From Prasinococcaceae sp. CCMP 1430 (lineage: Eukaryota; Plantae; Prasinodermophyta): DNA of 64,000 nt. Position 1 is the stretch's first letter, and each line of letters begins with the position of its first letter. Shown piece after piece: positions 9,984 to 19,459 of this stretch. A program made the translations under genes and the position numbers. The notes beneath the pieces were generated by a model. It ran no database searches. It saw nothing but the letters and a program-made list of their open reading frames with translations, and was not told the origin of the DNA. The stretch lies in the NCBI GenBank assembly GCA_013416795.1, contig RQSC01000016.1, forward strand, positions 1-64,000, given 5' to 3'.

Positions 9984-12395
9984 ATGCCCGTGCCGCCGCG
10001 CGACGTGGTGGCATGGGCGGACGGCGCGCGCGTGTGCGTCGTGGCGGGGGCACAGCTCGAGCGCGCACATGCGGGTGTCGAGTGCGCCGACGCGGGGGCA
10101 GGTGGCGGGGTGGGAGCGCTCACCGCTCGTGCCACGCCTGCGCTGACACTCGAGTGCTCGGAAGTCGTCGAGGCCGTGGAGGTCGATGTTGACCGACACC
10201 AGCACGCAGGTGCGCTATCGCGCGGTCTGCGCAAGCGTGCTGGCGCGCGCTTTGATGCGCGCAGTCGTCCGACGGCCAACTGCGCGTTGCCTTCGGGCTT
10301 GGGTCGCCGCGCTGACGCGCTGCACTCGGCGTACGTGCGCAGGCTATCATACCGCGCTCGTGCTCGTAGCGTCTGGCAGAACGATCGGCCTCTTCGAGGT
10401 GCGCTTGAGCGCGTTGTGTGCTGCCTCCTCCGACAAGGCCGTCGCGACAGCCACAGCTTCAGGGAAGCTCAAAGGCGTCGCCTGGGCGCCACGCGGCGAC
10501 CAAAGTGCTGCCGATGCGCGTCTTTGCGCGTCCGCCGGGCCCACAGTGGAAGTGTACAGAGCGCGTGTGCTCGACAGCGCGAACGAGCTTGTGCTAGCGT
10601 GCGAGCTTCGACACCCGAGCGGCGATGATATCTGCACGTCCTCATTCTCTTGCGTCACGTTCGTGAATGGGTCCGTGCTCGCTGCCGCCGCGGCACATGA
10701 GGTGGTCATCGCTGCGCTCGGACCGGCTGCAGACGAGCACGGCGAGCTACATGTTACGGGCACGCGTAGGCTTCTACTTGGCGCCGCGGCGCCACTGTGT
10801 TCGCTCGCTGTCATGCGCGCGGACGGTGCCGGGTTCGACACCGCCTTACTTCTGGCGACAGCCGGCGCCCCGCTGTCGATTGGGGAGGCGATCGGTTCCG
10901 CCGCGGGCAGCGATGAAACCTCTGGCGGCGCCCGCGACGCCCATCGTTCGGAGCTTGTGCCAGCTGCCGTGCGACCTGATCCAGCGGGTGCAATCGTCGA
11001 GCTGCGAGCACCTGCGGAGGGGTCAGCCTCGGGAAGCGCCGACGAGGCGGAGCAATCGGTGCCCTCGTTTCTGCTGCTCAGAGGTGCCGACGGCGACAGA
11101 AATGGCGCCGCCGACAGGGCGTCTTCGGGTGGGTGTACTCGCGGGAGGCTTTATGCGCTGACGATACGCGGCCTCTGGCCAGAGCGACAGAATGGGACGA
11201 GGGAATCGAACGAGGGCACGGTGGCGGCACACAAGTCATGTGAACATGCTGCACATCTGTCGCTGTCGGATCGCTCGGTTGCGCTGCCGGCTGACATTGC
11301 AACGCCCAACGTGCTGCTCGCGAGCACAAGCGGAGGTGTGTACGTTGGCTCGACCGAAGGGATGGCAGCATACGCGGGACTGATCGCCTATGATGGGAAC
11401 ACGCTTGCGCGACGCGAGCAAGAAGACGCACCGCTGCACGCAATGTCGGCGTTGCGCGCACAGCCCCGGCAGCGCCTGCGAGGGGCCTCCGTGGCGTGCT
11501 CTGGAGCGCTGTGGGCCGTGGTGAGCTCGCATGAGCGCACAACCCCGCTCAGCGCCAATGACGCGGCGGCAGACGCAGCAGCCATCGCCTTCAGCCTCAA
11601 GAGCAAGTGCGTTCTTGCGCGAACACGCGACCTGCGCTGCGAACGTGCCGCCATCGAGGCGCGCGAATTCTGAGAGTGCGAGCGGCGCCCTCCTCTAGCA
11701 CATGCCTGACACCAGCGACTGCCGCCGCGTGCTCTGGCGCTCCGGAATCGCCACTGTGCAGGTCCCCCCGCGGCAAGGAGACAGTGTCAGTCCACACGCT
11801 GCGAGCAGGCGAGCCCGCAACTCCGGCGCACATCGAGGGCGCGTTTGACGCTGCGTCCACTGGGGCTGACTGTGCGCGCGATCCGGTTGCACTTGCGCTG
11901 GGGCTGGGTACGTTCAGCAGCAAGCGAACGAACGTCAGCGGAGGCGGGGGCAACGCCAACGAGCACAGCATCACTGCTGGCGGGTTGTCCGAGCTGGGCT
12001 CGCTTTCCCTGGAACGCGCCGGCATTGTATCGGGTAGCGCAGTCGCAGCGCAGTGGAAGGACGTCCAAGGCGGCGGGGAGGGAGCGCCAGGAGGCGAAGG
12101 TGCAGCTGGCGCATGTCGTAGCGCAAGACCGGGCGGAAGTGATAGAGCGTGGGCGCACCTAGCCGGTGACGCTAGAATAGTGATGGGCAGCGCGCTCGCT
12201 TCGCAGTGGGGGAGCAAGCCACGCGAGAAAAGCTCTGACGGTCTCGGCGGCGCTGGGATGCGGCAAGTGCTCGGTGCAATCACCGCACTGAGCGAGGCCT
12301 TGGACGCGCGCTTCGACCGCGTCGATGCCGCCCTACAGAGGCAGGAGAGGCGGATACGCGCTATCGAAAGCAAGGTGAGCAACGATCGCGGTTGA
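9984..12395 (+). CDS. Beta-propeller-like N-terminus plus C-terminal coiled coil, possibly WDCP-like; join(9984?..10209, 10343..11606, 11699..12395)
   Basis: Two GT-AG introns (10210-10342, 11607-11698) join three ORF-track frames in the correct phases. Motifs VVAWADG and GVAWAP, and coiled coil LSEALDARFDRVDAALQRQERRIRAIE. The frame is also open upstream to a GTG at 9822. Confidence 0.55.
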
Positions 12396-12761
12396 GCTCT
12401 GTTTGTACACAATATGTAAACGCGTTTTAAAAAATGTATGTGTGTATCAAGGGGCCAGCTGGCTACAACTACCAGCGGGCACTCGATGATGCTGCGCAAT
12501 AGCACAGGCATCATGGGCGTCGCACTGCTGCCTCATCACTCAGGGGGAAAAACTGTAGGAAGTGCGCACGCGCGCGTCTTGTATTTCACATGCGTGCGCT
12601 TTATGACAGGCACGCCTTTCTTGTCTCATGTCGAAGCGTGTCCGCGGCGAGACACTCGCGATCGCCCGACTCACTCGCGCTCCAGACCGTCTGCCAAAAG
12701 TAGCTGTCGATAGAGCTCCGAGGTAAGCGGTAATACCACTGCCATGCCTGCCGTCTCAGCG

Positions 12762-15069
12762 TCAGAGGCAGAACACAACGGGCCTGCTCAGCGACCTCAC
12801 GGACAGGGCTGAGCGCGAGGTCGTGCGGTTTCCGGGGCGCAAGCGCGGTCTGCGCGCGGGTGCGCTGCGGCGGACGGCAGCCGTGGCGGTCGATGGACGG
12901 TCGCCATTGATCCTGCGGGCGGCAGCGGCGGCGGTGGCGCCGTTGCTCATTGCGACGCCCCCTGTGGTTCCGAGGCCCTCGAGTGAGGAGGGGTGGGCGT
13001 GGTTGAGCGCCTGCTTGCCCGCCACAGCATCTTTGTCCATAGTGAAGCCGTCCGCCGCGTCGTGAACGCCGCCAACGGCCCTGCCCGAGATATCACCAGC
13101 GCTCTCGATCCACTCCTGACGCCACGCAACAGCCTCGGGTGTCGAGCATGCGATCGACTTGCCCTTCGGTATCTGTTCGTCCGCGCACGGCTCGGGGAAG
13201 TGCTCCTCAAAGAGCGAACGGAGCAGGTAGTATTCCTTGGTGGTCGGGGGGTCTGACGGGAAGCGCTCTGCGCGTTTGTCGAACATCTCGTCGGACACGG
13301 CCGCCTCGGCGTGTTCCCTGAGGGCATCTACCCAATCGTAGCCCACGCCGTCTGAAAACTGCTCTTTTTGGCGCCACAGGACGTCGTCGGGCAGGTAGGG
13401 GTCGTCGGGCGTGTCGAAGGCCTTGCGCAGGATGTACTTCTCCATCTGCGGGTGCGTGCCGTCGGGCTTGTGCGACATGTCGACGACCTTGTCCTCGGGC
13501 GAGATGTTCATCGCCGTGTCGATGAAGCCCTGCGAGAGGAACGGGACGCGCACCTCGACGCCCCACGCCTGGGTGGCCTTGTTCGCGCGGAGCACGTCCC
13601 ACTTGTGCAGGCGCGAGGTCTTGCGCACGCACTCGCGGTGGAACTCGGCCGCGTTGGGAGCCATGTGGAAGTAGAGGTAGCCGCCGAACATCTCGTCCGC
13701 GCCCTCCCCCGAGAGCACCATCTTGATGCCGAGGGCCTTGATCTTGCGCGCGAGGAGGTACATCGGCACGCTCGCGCGCACCTGCTCGTACGACTGCGAA
13801 CGCCAAATACAGAAGGACAGATTTGGGTTAGGGTTAGGGTTAGGGTTAGGGTTAGGGTTAGGGTTAGGGTTAGGGTTAGGGTTAGGGTTAGGGTTAGGGT
13901 TAGGGCCAAATTGATCACACAGCCGCGCCGGGCCGGCAGCCGTTCACTGCGCCTATCGACCGCCGCTTCGCTGAGCATGAGCACGCAATCCTTTCGGAGC
14001 GAATTCCTCCAATCGCGCACGCGAAGAGTGGACTACATTCGTAGCCAATGGCTGGCGCTGACGCGCAAGGCCGCACCTCGATGTAGTACACGACCTCCTT
14101 GACGGCGTCGAGAGCCTCCTGCGGCGTGAACGTGAACTCGTGGTGGTTCGTGCCGAGATGGTCCGCGACCTTGCGCGCGGCGAGTAGGTCGGGGGCGCCC
14201 TCGATGCCAACGGAAAAGGTGTGGAGCTTCTGCCCCCTCCCCCAGCTCCTGTTCTCAGCCTCCATGCCGTGTTTCACGGCGACCGCCGACAGCAGGCTGG
14301 AGTCGAGTCCCCCGCTCAGGAGCACGCCGTGCGGCACGTCCGCCATGAGGTGGCTTTGAACGTTGCGGATGAACGTGCTGCGCACTGCCTCGAGATTGGC
14401 GCGCGCGTGCGGCACGTACGTGTCGTCCGTGATCCAGCGCGGCGACCACCAGCGGCGCATGGTCTCTGCGCCCGCCGAGTCGCGCTCGAAGGCGTGCCCG
14501 GGCGGGAATTCTTCGTAGCGCTCGATGAGATCATCCTTGGCGAAGGCCTTCATCTCGGACGCGAACCACACGGAGCCGTCGTGCCCGCGCGCCATATACA
14601 TGGGGATGATGCCCATGTGATCGCGCGCGGCGAAGATAGAGCCGCTGTCCTTGTCGACCACAACGAACGCAAACATGCCGTCGAGCATGGACACGCAGCT
14701 CGGCCCGAAGCGCTCGAAGAGCAGTCCAACCACCTCTGAGTCAGAGGCGGAGTGGCACTGCAGCCCGTGCTTCTCGACGAGCTCGGGCGCGTTGTAAATC
14801 TCGCCGTTGACGACCCATGAGAAGCGGCCCGACTCGGAGTGCATGGGCTGCTCGCCCTTGCTGTCCTTGGGCGCGCCCGGCGTGCCCTCGTCCGGTCCCA
14901 CGATGGCAAGGCGCTCGTGGCAGAGGTAGGTGCCGTTGCCGAGGCTCTCGGTGGTGGACCAGTCCGGGCCGCGGTGCGTGAGGAGGCGCGCGCGGTCGAC
15001 GACGTGTGCGCGATCGGCCGAGCGCGACCCGAGGCGGCCGATGTCGAAGGCGGCGAGGATGCCACACAT
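12762..15069 (-). CDS. ASNS: Asparagine synthetase (glutamine-hydrolysing); join(15069..14077, 13793..12762)
   Basis: MCGI N-terminus, HRGPD, NGEIYN, LLSGGLDSS, SGEGADEMFGGYLYF and RQKEQFSDGVG. GT-AG intron 13794-14076 gives YYIE|SYEQVRAS. Confidence 0.96.
13822..13905 (+). repeat. Interstitial telomere-type array: TTTGGG + (TTAGGG)13
   Basis: 13 perfect TTAGGG units at 13828-13905, inside the asparagine synthetase intron. Confidence 0.97.
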
Positions 15070-15937
15070 CGGGAACACCATGATCGCTGTCGTGTGCACG
15101 CCGTGCGAGCGCGCGGCGCCGGCAGTTGGGCGTGTGCCCCGCGCGCGCTGCGGCGCCCGCGCGGGTGTTGGTTGTTGGCGCCAGCGGCGCGCGCTGTGGC
15201 GCTCTTCCCCCTGTTGCCCCCCCCCTTTCCTCCCCCCCCCCCGCTGCTCCCGCCCGCGTCCCCTCGCCAAAGCGCTGGGCACCCCCGCCCGGCCGCACGT
15301 CCGGCGTCTTTCTGCTGCCCCCCTCGCGCAACGGGGGGGCCGTTACGCGGCGCCGCGCGCGCTGAGGTGGCGGCCGCCGTTTAACTCGCGCCAGCCGCCG
15401 GGGCCGCCAACGGATGAGGCCATCAAAACGCATGCGGAAGCGCGCGAGGCGCCCCCGTGGGACCGCGCGCGCGCGCGCCAGGCACCCATGCACGTGCCGT
15501 GTTTGCCCCCCCCACGTGCGTCCGATGAGACGAACAGGAACAAGTTTAAATTGACCACGGGAGACTCATATAAAAAACTTGGGCATTCCACGTCATCGTA
15601 TCTCGAGATCGCAACGGGAGAATTGGCATCGTAACGACACGCCGCGATCGGCGGCGAATCTATTGACGCGATCCGCGCGGGTAGCGCGGGGGGTGCGCGG
15701 CGGTGCTTCCCCAGCGGCGAGGGCGACGGCGAGCCATCGCCGCGCTCCGACAATTCACCAGGCGGCCGCGGCCGTGGCCATGTGCTGTGTGTGTGCGCGC
15801 GCGTGGGGTTCTACTACGAGCTAGAGAGCGCGGGACAACAATCATGTCACAGAGAGACACAACAAAATGTACAGTGGCGCCGCAGGGCGGTGAGCGTCGC
15901 ATAGGTCTGGCCCCTCCATCCCACAGTCTCGGAAGAG

Positions 15938-18892
15938 CTAGGACGGCTTGACGACGCCAGAGCGCACCGCCACCTGCAGGCGGGCAATGGTGGCCCTGAG
16001 TCCCTGTGCGGCCCCATCCAACGCACTCACGCGCGCGCAAAGCGCTTGCGCGTGGTAGAAGGATGCCTCGTCGATCTCACGCGCCGCTCGTGCGGCCGCC
16101 TCGGTGCCCCCGCCATGCGTCCCACCAGCAAGCGCAGCAAGAAGAGATGCGAATGCACCTGCCAGCGGCGGGCCGCCCGCCACTCGCTGCTGGCGTGCCG
16201 CCTGCGCAGCGTCCACAGCGCGGCTCATCGCGGCCGGCAGCAACACTGAGGAAAGCGCCTCGGTCATCGTTTCGAGATCCCTTTGGAGCGCCTCGAAGTG
16301 CTTCCTCCCCACCGAGAAGAAAGGCAGGAAGTAGCCGAATATGTGCGCGTGTTTCAGATACCTCCTGGCGATCTCAATGTCCGCAAGCGAGGCGTCCAGC
16401 TGCCGTGCGACGCGGCGTGCGGTCGCCATCGCGGCTGCATCTGCCGCGCGTGCACAGGGCACATTGGTCGGCTTCTCCTGCACCTGCAGGACTGCTCGCA
16501 CGCGCGCGACGGCGGCTCGCAGAGCCTCGGGCTCGTCGTCGTACGCCCGGGCCTTGGTGACGTGCACCCGCAGGCGCTCGGCTTCGGAGCCCCGCTTCGG
16601 CGCCCGCGCCGCGCGAGTCGATGGCCCGGTCGGCCCGCGACTTGGCGGCGCCAGGCGGCAATAGTAGCTCCCTCCGGTCGCTCGAGAATGCTCCATCCAT
16701 GGGCGACGGCAGGCCCAACAGTAGTGATGACCGCAGCGGCAGGTCATATGATTGCATCCGTCGTTCTTCTCCACGGGGGTGTTGCAGCGCGGGCAGGGCT
16801 CGGTGTTGCTCTCGAGCCACGCTGCGTTGGCAAGCTCGGAGTCGCGCGCGCTGCGCTCGGTAAGGGCCGCCCACTCACGCATCTGCGCGCAACTTGCGGG
16901 CTCGTGTGGCTCGCGGCCGCACGACCAGCAGAATGCGTGCCCCTGAGCGCAGCGCACTGCCACCCCCCGCCGGTTCGTCGCAGCATCGGCAACGAAGTCC
17001 CGCCCCGCCTCCTCGGCGAGGGCCACGGCGCACTTGCACTCAGGGAGGGGGCACCAGCGCACCTTGTCATCGATTTGGACGAACTTCTCGGCGAGGACTT
17101 TTTCGTACCTCTCATGCACCTCTTGCCCGACCATCAGGGCGGCCACCTTGCACTCGGGGATGCGGTACGGGCACTGCACGCCCGGGCAGCGGAGCCCCTC
17201 GCGGTCAACATCTCCCTCCTCAATCCGTGCCTTCAGGTGCATCCTCCAGCAATCTGAGCACGTGGCATGTTCGCAAGGAAGCTTGGGTGCCTCAGCGTCC
17301 ACCTCGCAATAGCAAACGCAGCAGAGCACCCCTTCTTCCTGTTCATCCCTCGCGTCCTCCATCGCGACCCCTGTCTCGGCCTCACTGGTGCCGTCCACGG
17401 GCGCTTCTAAGGCAGCGCTGTCAGAGGCCTCGGCCTCAGTGGCTCGGGACTGAGCGTTGGCATCGGACCGAGAGAGGAAAGCCTCGTCGTCGCCGCCCTG
17501 CCCTCTGCCCTCGCCGGTAGCGTGGCTCTGGCCAGAGCTCGTGCCAGCGGGCGCCTGATCAGCGGCCTCCGTTTGGCGCATCTTGCGTCGCTGCAGGGCC
17601 GTCACAGCCGCAGCAGTCGGAAGGTCGATGACCTCCGTCGCTCCCACTTCGCGCCCAGTGGCGGCCTGCTTGATTTGCAAGTCCGTCGTGAAGGCGGCCG
17701 CCCTGTCAACGGCCTTGGTAAAAGCCTTCGAGAGCGAACGCAGCCCGCTCGTGAGCGGCGAGTTTGGAAGCTGGCGCAGCAGCGCGGGCTCAGGCGGGGG
17801 CGGCTCCTTGGCATGCATGATGGCTTCCTCCAGCCCGGTCAGCGCGGCGATGTATCTCTTGTCACCGCGTAGGCCGCCATGACGAGCGAGCGCCACGGCA
17901 GCCGTAAGATTGCCCGAGACGAGCGCCATTTGGAGAGGTGCGACCCCGTCAATGTCCGGGGCTAGAAGAGGGAGGAGGGCGGCACAGCCATCGACACCTG
18001 TGCTCCCAGGCTTTTCCGAGAGTCTCTTCGCCGGACCGGCATATGGGTCCTGAGAGGCAACGTGCGAGCTCGGATATCTCAAAGCACCGGCCCCTGACCC
18101 ATTTGCGCCCGCGCTGCTCGCTCCCGAGCCGCTCGCTGCCGCGCTCGCAGAGGAGACACCGCCCGCGACTAGCGCTCGCTGCGCGCAGTCTGTCTCAGCC
18201 CATGCGAGCACATGTTCCAAGAGCACCCCGCCATCAACGACGCGGCATGCGTCGTGTACGAACGTGCGGAGGTGGTAGTTCACGAGGTCCGCGTCCATCC
18301 TCAGCACGCGCTCGTGCAAAGAGCCCTCGAGCAGCGCACAGATGACCTCGGCGCGCTTGACAGGATCGCCGCGTCCCTTCGCCACGAGGTGAAGCCACGT
18401 GTCGCCGGAGCGGGCGTCCGCCACCACGCGCTCGGGTCCAAATATCAGCCCGCGGCCCCTCGCAGCGGAGTGGCGCTGGATGCCATCCCCGGCGTCGCCG
18501 GCGCCGCCGGCGCCGTCCGCCGCGCCCTCTGCTATGGCGTTGATGTGGACCTGCGTAGGCAGCGGAGGCTTCCTCTTTCGCCAGAACGCCCACCACGGGG
18601 GCTGGCGCTTCCTTTCCATCCGCGCTCGTTCCCGCTCTGCCTCCTGCCCCGCCCTGCGCGCGGCGCGCTCCGCCAGTCCGTCTATCTCCGCACGAGCGGC
18701 CTCGGCATCGCCCCTGGATAGAGCCTTCAGCAGCAACGCTTGGCTGCCGCTGAGCGGGAGCGTTTTACCCGCCGCCCCGCCGCCGCCCAATGCGCCCGCC
18801 TGCGCGCCTGCGGCCCCCCCGCCGACAGCGGCTCCGGCGTCGGCGTCCGCCCCGCCTCCGCATGAAAACCACCCCCCTAGGAGCCTCGCCAT
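15938..18892 (-). CDS. RBR (RING1-IBR-RING2) E3 ubiquitin ligase, Ariadne-like, with N-terminal ankyrin-like repeats
   Basis: RING1 (CCVCYC...CEHATCSDCW), IBR (WCPLPEC...CAQGHAFCWSCGREPHEPASC), RING2 (CPRCNTPVEKNDGCNHMTC). Ankyrin-like GDTWLHLVAK and GVAPLQMALVSGN. First plausible ATG at 18892. Confidence 0.85.
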   Translation of the reverse strand: MARLLGGWFSCGGGADADAGAAVGGGAAGAQAGALGGGGAAGKTLPLSGSQALLLKALSRGDAEAARAEIDGLAERAARRAGQEAERERARMERKRQPPWWAFWRKRKPPLPTQVHINAIAEGAADGAGGAGDAGDGIQRHSAARGRGLIFGPERVVADARSGDTWLHLVAKGRGDPVKRAEVICALLEGSLHERVLRMDADLVNYHLRTFVHDACRVVDGGVLLEHVLAWAETDCAQRALVAGGVSSASAAASGSGASSAGANGSGAGALRYPSSHVASQDPYAGPAKRLSEKPGSTGVDGCAALLPLLAPDIDGVAPLQMALVSGNLTAAVALARHGGLRGDKRYIAALTGLEEAIMHAKEPPPPEPALLRQLPNSPLTSGLRSLSKAFTKAVDRAAAFTTDLQIKQAATGREVGATEVIDLPTAAAVTALQRRKMRQTEAADQAPAGTSSGQSHATGEGRGQGGDDEAFLSRSDANAQSRATEAEASDSAALEAPVDGTSEAETGVAMEDARDEQEEGVLCCVCYCEVDAEAPKLPCEHATCSDCWRMHLKARIEEGDVDREGLRCPGVQCPYRIPECKVAALMVGQEVHERYEKVLAEKFVQIDDKVRWCPLPECKCAVALAEEAGRDFVADAATNRRGVAVRCAQGHAFCWSCGREPHEPASCAQMREWAALTERSARDSELANAAWLESNTEPCPRCNTPVEKNDGCNHMTCRCGHHYCWACRRPWMEHSRATGGSYYCRLAPPSRGPTGPSTRAARAPKRGSEAERLRVHVTKARAYDDEPEALRAAVARVRAVLQVQEKPTNVPCARAADAAAMATARRVARQLDASLADIEIARRYLKHAHIFGYFLPFFSVGRKHFEALQRDLETMTEALSSVLLPAAMSRAVDAAQAARQQRVAGGPPLAGAFASLLAALAGGTHGGGTEAAARAAREIDEASFYHAQALCARVSALDGAAQGLRATIARLQVAVRSGVVKPS

Positions 18893-19459
18893 AGCGGCCG
18901 CCTGCCGCGGCGGCAGCGCCGCGTGCGCGGCCTCCTCGAGAAAGAGCTGCGCCCAAACGTGCGCACGCGCGTACGCGTCCACGGCCGCGTCCACGAGCAG
19001 GCCCCCGCCCCACAGCACGGCGCCCGCCCGCACACCAACAGGCAGGAAGCCAGCGAGCCGGACCTCCCCCCGCACCCGCACCCGCGCCGCGCGCCGCGCG
19101 CGCGCGCGCGCGCGCGCTGTGGCGCAAAGAAGCTTCCCTCCCCCCCATTGCCGGCCGCGGATCCCCTCGAGGCAATGCATTTTGACGTGCAATATTTCTG
19201 TCCCCCGCCGCCCGACCGCGGCGCTTCAGTGCAATTCGTACGTACAGGACTGTGCCATGCGCATATGTGTACAGCATTGAATTAATTTGTGGACCCTCTC
19301 TCCCAATCAGCGCGTATTTGCACCCTAATCCCAAACACCTACAGTGTACTGTAACCTTAACCGCGCGGAGTTGGGTGCGCGGCGGCGCGAGGCGGGCACA
19401 CGCAGGGTGAGGCGAGGGGAGGGGGGGAGGGCGAGGGCGTTCGGCGCGCGGCGGCGAGG

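Noticed and set aside
13508-14020. ORFs with LTLTLT, VRVRVR or GLGLGL runs, and the HTHTHT ORF at 6477-7121
   Set aside because: These are translations of the (TTAGGG)n and (TG)n intronic repeats; splicing gives coherent proteins without them.
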